A stretch of 64,000 bases of DNA from Somniosus microcephalus (lineage: Eukaryota), in NCBI GenBank assembly GCA_052327205.1, contig CM126224.1, positions 23,560,001 to 23,624,000 on the forward strand, given 5' to 3'. Of this stretch, positions 12,479 to 25,410 are shown one piece after another. Positions within the stretch are counted from its first letter, which is position 1, and each line of letters opens with the position of its first letter. Both the position numbers and the translations under genes were made by a program. The notes under the pieces were generated by a model that was not told the DNA's origin, made no database searches, and worked only from the letters and a program-made list of their open reading frames with translations.

Positions 12479-12937
12479 CTTTTTCTTTTCTATGAGCACC
12501 TTCTCCATTAAAAAGGCAGAATAGGTGAAGAACTGAGATTGAATTTGTCCTGGAACTTCAATATTAAACTCCAGAGTTGGGTTCTGCCCTGGTACCAAAG
12601 AAGAGCAGTGTTGGACCACAGGAAGAAGCAATCTTGCATCACGTGGGGTTGGCACTGATTGAAGCACATCTCCAGCACAGCCTCAAGAGCTTAGAAAATG
12701 CAGGGGGGGGGGTTGTCTGTTTGAGATTCTGGGCATGTTCTTCCCCAGGAGCTTATTTAAATGTTCCGAGGGCACAGGCATCTTCAATATATTTAAATGT
12801 TAGTTGCTGGGAGTAGAGTCGTCTCCTGGATCAACCGATCCAAGATCAAAAGCTACAGTAAAACTGCACCCAGAGAAGACCTGTTGCTTCTGAGGCAAAC
12901 ATTTTAACACATGAGCAGATTCAAGGTCAGACACTTA

Positions 12938-13760
12938 AGCCCCGATTTTAACTTGGAGTGGGAAACATGTGGGGACGGGTCCAGAGTGAGATAATGCTGG
13001 AGACACTCAGCAGGTCAGATCGACCTGAAACGTTAACTCTGTTTCTCTCTTCACAGATGCTGCCTGACCTGCCGAGTGTCTCCAGCATTTTCTGTTTTTA
13101 TTTCAGATTTCCAGCATTTGCAGTATGTTCTTTTTGTCCAGAGTGAGGCCTGGGCTATTTTAATATTGATCGACAGGCTGACCATCCAATCGCAGCGGGA
13201 AACTGGCAGACTGCCCACTTTCGTGCCGCAAATTCTGGAGGACCTCCCGTGTTCTCCTTAAAGCAGGGTTGCGTCTCCTTAATGCCAGATTTTGCTGCCG
13301 TAATGCTGCAAAGAGGGGATTCTCATCGGAAGGCTGTCTGCAGGTTTCTAGCGGGCTTCCTGGAGGTCCTGCTGGAGGAGGCCAGGGTAAGGAGGGAAGT
13401 AGAACCCACAGGAGCATCCCCAGGGCAACTATCCAGCAGGTCTGACAGGTGCCTGCGAGGGTCCATGCCAACAGCATTGCCTCAAGGACCTGGCTTCAAC
13501 GTTGGAAGGGGTTCAATGATCTCACAAGAGCGAGTACAACTGTTCATCGCTCTCGACAACAGGCTGCCGACATTCCTTTCACTCCCCTCTTCCACCACTC
13601 AACAATTCCCTCCCCGCCATCAGACCCTTCAACATACAAATCACGAGAGCCCTCCGCAACACATCACACGAACAGTGTGCTCTTCACACATTCCAGTACT
13701 TGCACAACCACCAACTCCTCCCTCACTTCACATTCATCACCTCTCCATCCATCTTGTTTC
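12938..13760 (+). mobile_element. Highly degenerate PIF/Harbinger relic (Myb/SANT gene remnant)
   Basis: TIR-like GCCCCGATTTT. Remnant SRTWLQRWKGFNDLTR matches exon 1 of the Myb-like genes at 28864, 49812 and 52021. Confidence 0.55.
12994..13135. mobile_element. Penelope-type palindromic terminal fragment (second worn copy ~13790-13965)
   Basis: Inverted repeat ATGCTGGAGACACTC(A/G)GCAGGTCAG...CTGACCTGCCGAGTGTCTCCAGCAT, with GACCTGAAACGTTAAC inside. Confidence 0.5.
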
Positions 13761-16700
13761 TTCTCCAGTTCTCAGCACATGCACAAGGACATCAGATCAG
13801 TCAGCATCTGTAAGTGGAAAAGATAAGTCAACATTTCAGGGGTGCAGAACCAAAAGTGTTTCAGCTTTCCCCAGAGAGTATGAACTTGTCTTTTACAGCT
13901 ATCGACTGACCTACTGTGCATGTCCAGCATATTCCATTCTTGCAGATCTCCAGTATTTGCAATTTCAAACAGAATTACATAATCACCACCAATTGGTTCA
14001 GACTCCACATGTACGCAGCAGATTACACCTCAATCCTGTTCCCTTCAACCTTTCACTTCAAGTCAGAATCTATGGCCTTAAACGCAAATTTCCAATTCCC
14101 CACATCAGTCATTTCTGTGGCTTCACTGAGGGCGATGGTCACTTTGTGAGAATCAACTGCAGCTTTGGGCTGTGGTTTTGGACCCACTAGTAATTGGGCC
14201 AAGATCCTTACACCTACATGAGTGGTGGGGTCAGTGAGGGAAAGAGAAATGTAGAAAATTATTCTGGAGTGGATTCGAACATTGGATGGTGCCACTTCTG
14301 CAACCAATCACCTCATGTCTCAAAATGTTCAATTTAGAGTGCATACCATTGGGTTTCTTTTATTTAATGTGGATTAAACCAGACAAGGATGTGGCAAGGC
14401 CACAATTTTTTCCCAATTGTGGTATTATTGTACAGTAGGAAGTATTCGAATAGTTAAATGCACATTTAGATCTAGATATTCACACTAGTCGGGCATGTGT
14501 GATCTCGGGGTTCTCTGCATTCTGTGGAAATACCTCACAAAACACTTCCACTCCTTCTGAATGAGTCACCGCTTTTTCTAGTAAACCTAAATAACTATTA
14601 GAAGTGGTTACTCTTGAAAAGAGAAGCTTAGAGAGTCAGAAGACTAGTACAGCATAACAATGCAGCAGATTATGCTAGATACCCTTGGCTGGTTCTTTTG
14701 ATAATCTCTCCATTCTGCCCCTCCCAATCTTCCAAGGCTCCTCGTCATGTGATCTCCTAGGCAACCACTACTATCTTTCCTGTGGTCAAAAAACAGTGGT
14801 CTATTTCCAGTTTCCAAACATTTTCAAATCCTTCTTCCTCCACCAGTAAAAGAATACATAAACATTAAAAAGAAATACCACATGGTGTTTCCCATTTCAG
14901 CACGATCGGTGAAGACCTGCATTTACTTCATTAAAAATCTGTCACGTGTAAAGAATCATCGATGACAAATTGCTGAGGTAAGAATTTACCTCGTGAACAA
15001 CGACAACCAACTAACTCAGAAGTGTCACAAACAAAAAAGTGAACGGTGTCTGCCCCACTCATGGGTGCAATAAAATATTTTGTCCACAAGTCTGGGGAAA
15101 ATGTAATTTAACCATATTAGAATTTTAATTTGGGCTACGTGGAGGGCGATTTGATCCAATCCATTTTTTCTTCAATAATTCATGAGAATGTTTATTATCC
15201 ACCGCCTGAAAATCTTGTTATCAGGAATGAAAGTTAAAAATTGCGGGCTGCGGCAACCTTAACTACAACATCTATCTATATATATAAATCGGTCGATCTG
15301 CCTGTCTGTCTGTCATTCTGTCATTCTGTCTGTCATCGCCTGTGCGTCTGTCGGGCTATGCGCTCGAAAGTTACAGGGCGTACCTACGCGCGCGTTACCT
15401 CCAAAGAAAGCTTACGCTTCCGAGACGGTTTTAAGCGTATTTACGTTTCGGCCGGGCTAAAATCCCGCCCGCGGTATCCCAAAAACCTTCAACGTTCCGC
15501 TCATTAGCATCTCATTATCCGCTCATTAGCGACAGAGTGACCTCGAGCTCGACCAATCGTACGCCGGGTTGCTGGCGTGTGCCGCCGGGCCAATCGGTGC
15601 GTGTGTGGCCGGGCCTTATCGTTCTGAACCGAGGTGAGTCGCCGCCATCTTGATTCCAAACTTTTCCTTTCTTTTTCCCGCTTTCTGCGTCTTAAAAAAA
15701 AACGTTGCTTTTAAAACACATATTGTTTTAAAAAAAAATGATTTAGAAAGTAATTAACTTATCTAATCTCATTAATTTTCCTACCTTTCCCCGTTTTTCC
15801 AGGTAGGCCTAGAAGCCTCAGCGTCTCCTCCGCACCCACGCCCGAGCTAGGCACCTCCCGGCCCCACTCGAAGGCTGGAGGGCCGAGCCTCAGCCCAGCG
15901 CCACTAGGGTGCGCGCGCAGCAGGAGCTGAGATGCGCTGTCTCTCTCTGGATCGGCCGGGGGGCGGGGCTTGCTGAGCGTCAAGCGTTACCCTGGCAACC
16001 CCGGCCGGCCGTCTCGCACAGCCGCAATCGGCAGTCTTCACCTCGGGGGGGGGGTGGGGGCCGCGACCCTCGGGGGGGGGCCGCGCGCGCAGCAGGAGCA
16101 GCTGAGACGCGGCGTCTCTCTCTCTCTCTGGCTCGGCCCGGGGGCGGGGCTTGGTCAGCGTCACGGTTACCCTGGCAACCGGGCCCGCCGGCCGAGCCAG
16201 AGAGAGACGCCGCGTCTCAGCTCCTGCTGCGCACGCAATCGGCGGTCTTCACCTCGGGGGGCGGAGGGCGGCGCGCAACCCTCGGGGGGGGGGCCGCGAC
16301 CCTGGGGGGGGGGGCCGCGACCCTGGGGGGGGTGGCCGCGACCCTCGGGGGGGGCCCCCCGCCCTCCCTTCCCCCCGCCCCCTTTTCCCCCCCGCCTTCC
16401 CTTCCCCCCTTCCCCCCGCCCTCCCTTCCCCCCTTCCCCCCGCCCTCCCTTCCCCCTCCCTTCCCCGCCCTCCCCCCCTTCCCCTCCCCTCCCCCCCTCC
16501 CCTCCCCTCCCCTCCCTCTCTTCCCCCCAGTCGCTCTCTCTCTTCCCCCCAGTCGCTCTCTCTCCTCCCCCCAGTCGCTCTCTCTCTTCCCCCCAGTCGC
16601 TCTCTCTCTCTCTTCCAACAACAACATGCCCTCGAAAAAGCCTCGGCACCACCGGGCACTTCAGCTAGTCTATATATATAAATCGGTACATCTGTCTGTC

Positions 16701-19700
16701 TGTCTGTCATTCTGTCATTCTGTCTGTCATCGCCTGTGCGTCTGTCGGGCTATGCGCTCGAAAGTTACAGGGCGTACCTACGCGCGCATTACCTCCAAAG
16801 AAAGCTTACGCTTCCGAGACGGTTTTAAGCGTATTTACGTTTCGGCTGGGCTAAAATCCCGCCCGCGGTATCCCAAAAACCTTCAACGTTCCGCTCATTA
16901 GCATCTCATTATCCGCTCATTAGCGACAGAGTGACCTCGAGCTCGACCAATCGTACGCCGGGTTGCTGGCATGTGTCGCCGGGCCAATCGGTGCATGTGT
17001 GGCCGGGCCTTATCGTTCTGAACCGAGGTGAGTCGCCGCCATCTTGATTCCAAACTTTTCCTTTCTTTTTCCCGCTTTCTGCGTCTTAAAAAAAAACGTT
17101 GCTTTTAAAACACATATTGTTTTAAAAAAAAATGATTTAGAAAGTAATTAACTTATCTAATCTCATTAATTTTCCTACCTTTCCCCGTTTTTCCAGGTAG
17201 GCCTAGAAGCCTCGGCGTCTCCTCCACACCCACGCCCGAGCTAGGCACCTCCCGGCCCCACTCGAAGGCTGGAGGGCCGAGCCTCAGCCCAGCGCCGCTA
17301 GGGTGCGCGCGCAGCAGGAGCTGAGATGCGCTGTCTCTCTCTGGCTCGGCGGGGGGCGGGGCTTGCTGAGCGGCCGTCTCGCACAGCCGCAATCGGCGGT
17401 CTTCACCTCGGGGGGGGGGGGGCCGCGACCCTCGGGGGGGGGCCGCGACCCTCGGGGGGGGGGGGCCGCGCGCGCAGCAGGAGCAGCTGAGACGCGGCGT
17501 CTCTCTCTCTGGCTCGGCCGGGGGGCGGGGCTTGGTTAGCGTCACGGTTACCTTGGCAACCGGGCCCTCCGGCCGTCTCGCACAGCCGCAATGTTGAAGC
17601 CAGCTCAGGAGGCCGGTGCTCGGAAGATCGCGTCTCCGGAGTTCGGTGCTTGGTTGGTGGGGGGGGGCGAGCCTCGGGGGTGGGTGGGTGGTGGGCGAGC
17701 CTCGGGGGTGGGGGTGGGTGGTGGGTGAGCCTCGGGGGTGGGGGTGGGTGGTGGGCGAGCCTCGGGGGTGGGGGTGGGGGTGCGAGTCTCGGTGGGGGCC
17801 AACCTCTGGAGTTCGGGGGGTGGGGATCAGGGGGCTCAGGAGTTTGGGGGGATGGGGATCAGGGGGCTCGTGCACTATCCCCTTCCCCTCCCCTCCCCCC
17901 TCCTCTCTCCTCCTCCCCCCTCCTCCCCTCCCTCCCCCCGCCCCCTCCCCCGCCCCTTCTTCCCCCTCCTCTCTCCTCCTCCCCCCTCCCCTCCCCCCTC
18001 CCTCCCCCCCCTTCTTCCCCCTCCTCTCTCCTCCTCCCACCCGCCCTCCCTCCCGCCCTCCCCCCCTCCGCCCGCCCTCCCCACCCCCCTCCCTCCCCCC
18101 GCCCTCTCTTCCCCCCTCCCCTCCCCTCCCCCTCCCCTCCCTCTCTTCCCCCCAGTCGCTCTCTCACTTCCCCCCAGTCGCTCTCTCTCTTCCCCCCAGT
18201 CGCTCTCTCTCTTCCCCCCAGTTGCTCTCTCTCTCTCTTCCAACAACAACATGCCCTCGAAAAAGCCTCGGCACCGCCGGGCACTTCAGCTAGTCTATCT
18301 ATATATATAAATCGGTACTTCTGTCTGTCTGTCTGTCATCGCGTGTGCGTCTGTCGGGTATGCGCTCGAAAGTTACAGGGCGTACCTACGCGCGCGTTAC
18401 CTCCAAAGAAAGCTTACGCTTCCGAGACGGTTTTAAGCGTATTTACGTTTCGGCCAGGCTAAAATCGCGCCCGCGGTATCCCAAAAACATTCAACGTTCC
18501 GCTCATTAGCATCTCATTATCCGCTCATTAGCGACAGAGTGACCTCGAGCTCGACCAATCGTACGCCGGGTTGCTGGCGTGTGCCGCCGGGCCAATCGGT
18601 GCGTGTGTGGCTGGGCCTTATCGTTCTGAACCGAGGTGAGTCGCCACCATCTTGATTCCAAACTTTTCCTTTCTTTTTCCCGCTTTCTGCGTCTTTAAAA
18701 AAAACGTTGCTTTTAAAACACATATTGTTTTTTAAAAAAATGATTTAGAAACGAATTAACTTATCTAATCTCATTAATTTTCCTACCTTTCCCCGTTTTT
18801 CCAGGTAGGCCTCGAAGCCTCGGCTTCTCCTTCGCACCCAAGCCCGAGCTAGGCACCTCCCGGCCCCACTCGAAGGCTGGAGGGCCGAGCCTCAGCCCAG
18901 CACCGCTAGGGTGCGCGCGCAGCAGGAGCTGAGGCGCGGCGTCTCTCTCTGGCTCGGCTGGGGGTCAGGGCTTGCTGAGCGTCAAGCGTCACCCTGGCAA
19001 CCGGCCCCCCGGCCGTCTCGCACAGCCGCAATCGGCGGTCTTCACCTTGGGGGGGGGGTGCGTGACCCTCGGGGGAGGTGCGCGACCCCTCGGGGGGGGT
19101 GCCGCGACCCTCGGGGGGGGGGGCCGCGACCCTCGGGGCGGGGGCCGCGACCCACGGGGGGGCCCCCCACCCTCCCCCCCGCGCCCCACCCCCCCCGCCC
19201 CCCCCTCCCCCTCCACCCCCCTCTCCCTCCCCCTCCACCCCCTCCCCCTCCACCCCCTCTCCCTTCCCCTCCCCTTCCTCCCCCTTCCTCCCCCCCTCGC
19301 CCTTCCCCCCCTCGCCCTTCCCCCCCGCCCTCCCTCCCTCCTCCCCTCCCTCCCCCCCCCCTCCCCCCCTCCCAGTCGCTCTCTATCCCCCCCCCCAGTC
19401 GCTCTCTCTCCGCCCCCCCCCAGTCGCTCTCTCTCTCGTCCAACAACAACATGCCCTCGAAAAAGCCTCGGCACCGCCGGGCACTTCAGCTAGTCTATAT
19501 AGATAAAAGGATACTTCTGTCTGTCATTCCGTCTGTCTGTCTGTCTTGAATAAACTCTAAAGTTATAGAGCATACCTACACGTGTGTTACGTCAGAAGAA
19601 AGCTGACGATTCCAGAACCGTCCTAAGCGTATTTACGTTTCGGCCAGACAAAAATTGCGCCCGCGGTGTCCAAAAAACGTTCAACATTCCGCTCATTATC

Positions 19701-20554
19701 CGCTCATTAGCATCGAGTGACGTCGAGGTCGACCAATCGTACGGCGGGTTCCTGGCGCATGCGGGCGGGCCCTCCTACGGTCGAGTGATGGGACGATTGA
19801 CCAATCCTACGCTTCAGTGACCTGACGGTCCACCAATCGGTGCGTGTGTGGGCGGGCCTTATTGTTCTGAACCGAGGTGAGTCGCCGCCATCTTGATTCC
19901 AAACTTTTCATTTCTTTTTCCCGCTTTCTGCGTTTCTTTTCAAATCTACATTTCCAGCAAAAAAAAAGTTGCTTTTAAAAGACAAATTGTTTTTAATTCA
20001 TTTGTAAATCTTTTGTCTAACCTCTATAATTTTCCTACCTTTCACCATTTTTCCAGGCCTCAAAGCCTGGGCATCTGTTGACCAGCCACACCCGAGCTAG
20101 GCGTCTCCCGTCGCGATCGACAAAAGGCCAGCAATCGCCGCCATCTTTGTGAAGGCTGGAGGGGGCGGGCCTGAGCCGAGCATCGCCACCGCCGCCATCT
20201 TAGTGAAGGCGGGCGGGGCGGGAGTCAGCGTCGGCGTCATCTTCTGCCCGGAGCGCGACTTGAGTCCGGCCGGGACTCACGCGGTAGGTTGCGCGGCGGC
20301 GTCTCTCTGGTCTTGAAGCCGGCTCGGGCGGGGGGGCGGGGCTCGGGAAGGCGGAGCTCGGGAGGGCGCGCGCGCGGGGGTCGGGAGAGCGCAGCGGGAG
20401 GGCGGGGCTCCGGAGAGCGGTAGAGCGGGAGGGCGGGGCTCCGGAGGCCGGTGCTCGGGAAGGCGGAGCTTGGGAAGGCACGCGCGCAGGGCTCGGGAGA
20501 GCGCAGCGGGATGGCGGGTCTCTGGAGATCATGGGGGCGAGCCTCGGGAGATCG

Positions 20555-20760
20555 GGGGTGGCGGGGCTCGGGACATCGGGGGGCGGGGCTCGGGACATCG
20601 GGGGGCGGGGATCGGGACATCGGGGGCGGGGATCGGGACATCGGGGGGCGGGGATCGGGACATCGGGGGGCGGGGATCGGGACATCGGGGGCGGGGCTCG
20701 GGACATCGGGGGGCGGGGCTCGGGACATCGGGGGGCGGGGCTCGGGACATGGGTGGCGGG
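20555..20760. repeat. ~21-bp GC-rich minisatellite (GGGGGCGGGGMTCGGGACATC)n inside Helitron unit 4
   Basis: About 9 tandem copies. Confidence 0.9.
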
Positions 20761-20785
20761 GCGCGGGGCTCGGGGACTCCCTCCT

Positions 20786-20988
20786 NNNNNNNNNNNNNNN
20801 NNNNNNNNNNNNNNNNNNNNNNNNNNNNNNNNNNNNNNNNNNNNNNNNNNNNNNNNNNNNNNNNNNNNNNNNNNNNNNNNNNNNNNNNNNNNNNNNNNNN
20901 NNNNNNNNNNNNNNNNNNNNNNNNNNNNNNNNNNNNNNNNNNNNNNNNNNNNNNNNNNNNNNNNNNNNNNNNNNNNNNNNNNNNNNNN
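20786..20988. other. Assembly gap (N run)
   Basis: Run of n; may hide more array units. Confidence 1.
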
Positions 20989-22249
20989 CACCCCTCTTCC
21001 CTCCTCCCCTTCCCCCTCCCCTTCCCCCCTTCCCCCTCTCCCTCCCTCCCCCCCTCTTCCCCCCAGTCGCTCTCTCTCTTCCCCCCAGTCGCTCTCTCTC
21101 TTTCCCCCAGTCGCGCTCTCTCTTCCCCCCAGTCGCTCTCTCTCTCTTCCAATAACAACATGCCCTCGAAAAAGCCTCGGCACCGCCGGGCACTCCAGCT
21201 AGTAATTAATAATTGGTCATCGCGAGTTCAGTGGGGCCAATTACTCTCGTGCTTATGTGCTGTTGCGAAGTGGCTCTGGAAACTCAGTGCTCAGGTGACC
21301 CAGTGGATGTAAATCCAGAATCAGACTGGCCATTTCACTGCATCCATTCAGAAAGTAGCGTCACACACTGCACGCCAGCTGCAGGGCAAGTCTGCTGCAA
21401 AGCCCATTTCAAAAAGTTCCAACATGGTCCATTCGGCTGCCCGAGGATTCTTTAGTAACTCGGTTTCAACCTTGTCACTAATGTTAGAATCATCTTCCTC
21501 GCCAACTCTCTCATTGAAAATGAACCAGCGTTTGGGAGCGGTTCACAGACACAAAAGCAAACACACGCACACCTCGACAGCTCTGTTGTTGCTGGGCAGA
21601 GAGTAATGAGAGCCAACAGCATAACTCACGTCCGCTGGTTGTGTTTCGCACTCTGCAAGTTACAAGCCAGGGACCCGTGGTATAACGGATCCCTCGAGTC
21701 TTTTTGGCACTCTTACAAGAACAGAAATAAACATTCCCAGCCTTCGTTACAAGGCATGCGGCCCTGGTTTAGTGGTTCAGTTAGACGCTAACAGTTAGAC
21801 GCTAATGATCGAATGGAGCCACTTGAAGAGGAGCAGGATGCTCCCCTGACCAATATTCCCCTCTCGCTATAAACAGATCAACTCATTCAGTCAAATTATT
21901 GTAGTATATGGGATCTTGCTGTGTGAAAGCGGCTGCTGTGTTTGCCTACACAATAGTCAGAGTACTGCATCGTGCATGAAACATTTCAAAATGAGGAATG
22001 TGATGAAGTACTCGGTAAACGCAAGGCTCTTATGCGTTTTCACAGTCATCATTCTATAACGGACAATGTCTCCAATACTCCATTCACACACACCACAAGT
22101 CAGAATGAAACCAAACCTTGCAGTAGAACCTCTAGGATCTTTGACCACAACCCTCAAGGATGGTCCTGGAGTCTCCAGGAATTAAAGAGTAATCTCCAGC
22201 AAGCAACCCAGGAGATAAATCGTAGGAGCATTAAAAAAAAAGTTTCTCC

Positions 22250-25200
22250 ATTAGTTCCTGGGATGTGGACGTCGCTGGCAGGGCCAGCATTTATTGCCCA
22301 TCCCTAATTGCTCTCGAGAAGGTGGTGGTGAATCATCTTCTTGAACCGCTGCAGTCTGTGTGATGATGGTACTCCCCACAGTGCTGCTCGGGAGGGATTT
22401 CCAGGATTTTGACCCAGCGACTATGAAGGATTGGCGATATATTTCCAAGTCAGGATGATGTGTGACTTGGAGGTGGTGGTGTTCCCACGCACCTGCTGCC
22501 CTTGTCCTTCTAGATGGTAGAGGTCGTGGGTTTGGGAGGTGCTGCCAAAGAAGCCTTGGCGAGTTGCTGCAGTGCATCTTGTAGATGGTACACACTGCAG
22601 CCACGGTGCGCCGGTGGTGGAGGGAGTGAATGTTTAAGGTGGTGGATGGGGTGCCAATCAAGCGGGCTGCTTTGTCCTGGATGGTGTCGAGCTTCGAGTG
22701 CTGTTAGAGCTACACTCACCCAGGCAAGTGGAGAATATTCCATAACACTCCTGACTTGTGCCTTGTAGATGGTGGAAAGGTTTTGGGGAGTCAGGAGGTG
22801 AGACACTCGCCGCAGAATCCCCAGCCTCTGACCTACTCTTGTAGCCACATTATTTATGTGGCTGGTCCAATTAAGTTTCTGCTCAATGGTGACCCCCCCA
22901 GGATGTTGATGGTGGGGAATTTGGCGATGGTAATGCCATTGAATGTCAAGGGGCGGTGGTTAGATGCTCTCTTGTTGGAGATAGTCATTGCCTGGCACTT
23001 AAGTGGCAAGTAACATTTGCCCCACACATCAGCCCAAACCTGAATGTTGTCCAGGTCTTGCTACATGCGGGCATAGACTGCTTCATTATCTGAGGAGTTG
23101 TGAATGGAACTGAACACTGTGCAATCATCAGAGAACATCAGAGAACATTCCCACTTCTGACTTTATAATGGAGGGAAAGTTATTGATGAATCAGCTGAAG
23201 ATAGTTGGGCCTAGGACGCTGCCCTGAGGAACTCCTGGGGCTGTGATGATTGGCCTCCAACAACCACAACCATCTTCCTTTGTGTTAGGTATGACTCCAG
23301 CCAGTGGAGAGTCTTTCCCCTGAATCCCATTTAATTCAGTTTTACTAGGGCTCCTTGATGCCACACTCGGTCAAATGATGCCTTGATGTCAAGGGCAGTC
23401 ACTCTCACCTCACCTCTGGAATTCAGCTCTTTCATCTATGTTTGGGCCAAGGCTGTAATGAGGTCTGGAGCCAAGAGGTCCTGGCGGAACCCAAACTGAG
23501 CATTGGTGAGCAGATTATTGGTCATTGCCGCTTGATAGCACTGTCGACAACACCTTCCATCACTTTGCTGATGATTGAGAGTAGACCGATGGGGCGGTAA
23601 TTGGCCAGATTGGATTTGTCCTGTTTTTTGTGAACAGGACATACCTGGACAGTTTTCCACATTATCGGGTAGATGCCAGTGTTGTAGCTGTACTGGAACA
23701 GCTTGGCTAGAGGTGTGGCTAGTTCTGGAGCACACGTCTTCAGCACGATAGCCGGGATGTTGAAGGGGCCCATAGCTTTTGCTGTATCCAGTGCGCTCAG
23801 CCGTTTCTTGATATCACGTGGAGTGAATCGAATTGGCAGAAGACTGGCTTCTGTGATGGTGGGGACCTCAGGAGTAGGCCGATATGGATCATTCACTCGG
23901 CACTTCCGGCTGAAGACGGTTGCAAACACTTCAGCCTTGTTTTTTGCACACACAGGCTCCACCATCATGGAGGATGGGGATATTCATGGAGCATCCTCCT
24001 CCCATCAGTTGTTTAATGGTCCACCACCATTCACGACTGCATGTGGCAGGACTGCAGAGCTTTGATCTGATCCGTTGGTTGCGGGATCGCTTAGCCCTGT
24101 CTATAGCATGCTGCTTCCGTTGTTTAGCATGCATGTAGTCCTGTGTTGCAGCTTCCCCAGGTTGGCACCTCATTTTAAGGTACGCCTGGTGCTGGTCCTG
24201 GCATGCTCTTGTTGAACTAGGATTGATCCTCTGGCTTGATGGTAATGGTAGAGTGAGGGAATATGCCGGGCAATGAGGTTACAGATTGCAGTGGAATACA
24301 ATTCTGCTGATTGCCCACAGCGCCTCATGGATGCCCAGTTTTGAGCTGCTAGATCTGTTCTGAATCTATTCCATTTAGCACGGTGGTAGTGCCACACACG
24401 ATGGAGGGTGTCCTCAGTGTGAAGACAGGACTTGGTCTCCACAATGACTGTGCGGTGGTTACTGCTCCCAATACTGTCATAGACAGATGCATCTGCGACA
24501 GGTAGATTGGCGAGGACAAGCTCAAGTAGGTTTTTCCCCTCATGTTGGTTCTCTCACCACCTGCTGCAGGCCTAGTCTGGCAGCTATATCCTTCAGGACG
24601 TGACCAGCTCGGTCAGTAGTGGTGCTACTGAGCCACTCTTGGTGATGGACATTCTGTGCCCTTGCTACCCTCAGTGCTTCTTTCAAGTAGTGTTCAGCAT
24701 GGAGAAGTACTGATTCATCAGCTGAGGGAGGGCGATTGGTACCAATCAGCAGGAGGTTTCCTTGCCTATGTTTGACCTGATGTTATGAGACTTCATGGAG
24801 TGCGGAGACAATGTTGAGGCTGCCCAGGGTCACTCCCTCCCACTTTGCCACCACCTCTGGTGGGTCTGTCCTGCCGGTGGGACAGGACATACCCAGGGAT
24901 GGTGATGGAGGAGTCTGGGACATTGGCAGAAAGGTATGATTCTGTGAGTATGACTCTGTCAGGCGGTTGCTTGAAGTCCCCAGATGTTAGTGACGGTCGA
25001 CTGGGCTGGGTGTGCTGTTGTCATGCCCGTAGCAAGGTCGATGCTGGGTGATCCGTCCGGTTTTACTCTTAGTATTGTTTCTTTTCCGAGTGACTTGCTC
25101 GGCCATTTCAGAGAGCAGTTAAGATCAACCACATTACTGTGGGTCTGGAGTCACATATAGGCCAGACCAGGTAAGGACAGCAGATTTCCTTCCCTAAAGC

Positions 25201-25410
25201 ACATTAGTGAGCCAGATGGGTTTTTACGACAATCTGGTAGTTTCATGGTCACCATTACTGATACTAGCTTTTTATTCCTGATTTATTTAATTAACTGAAT
25301 TTAAATTCCACAGTTGCCGTGGTGGGATTTGAACTCACGTCTCATGGATCATTAGTTTAGGCCTCTGCATTACTAATCCGGTAACATAACCACTATGCTA
25401 CCGTGCCTAC
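22250..25410 (-). mobile_element. Degenerate CR1/L2-group LINE (EN-RT) with a tRNA-derived 5' head
   Basis: RT motifs KAMGP.NIP, NYRPIGLLSIISKVMEG, QFGFRQ, GVPQGSVLGP, IYKAQVRSVMEY. Endonuclease remnants near 24400-24990. 3' tail TGGGCAATAAATGCTGG. Pol III A/B boxes at 25390-25400 and 25326-25336. Confidence 0.85.

Larger units (their letters stand above)
15271..21202 (+). mobile_element. Head-to-tail array of at least 4 non-autonomous Helitrons (15271-16668, 16669-18293, 18294-19493, 19494-21202)
   Basis: Each unit starts TC(TA)n and ends with a GC hairpin (GCCTCGGCACCGCCGGGCAC) plus CTAG. The array lies between host A (15270) and T (21203) with no TSD. No RepHel ORF. Confidence 0.88.

Noticed and set aside
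13249-14190. 313-aa ORF
   Set aside because: Crosses a Harbinger relic, intron-like sequence and a Penelope-like fragment; no coherent domain.
15271-21202. rDNA spacer or snRNA/histone gene tandem array
   Set aside because: No recognisable RNA or histone gene in the unit; the termini fit Helitron rules.
15759-21312. Many long Pro/Gly-rich ORFs on both strands
   Set aside because: By-products of stop-poor GC/pyrimidine low-complexity sequence in the Helitron units; some run through the N gap.
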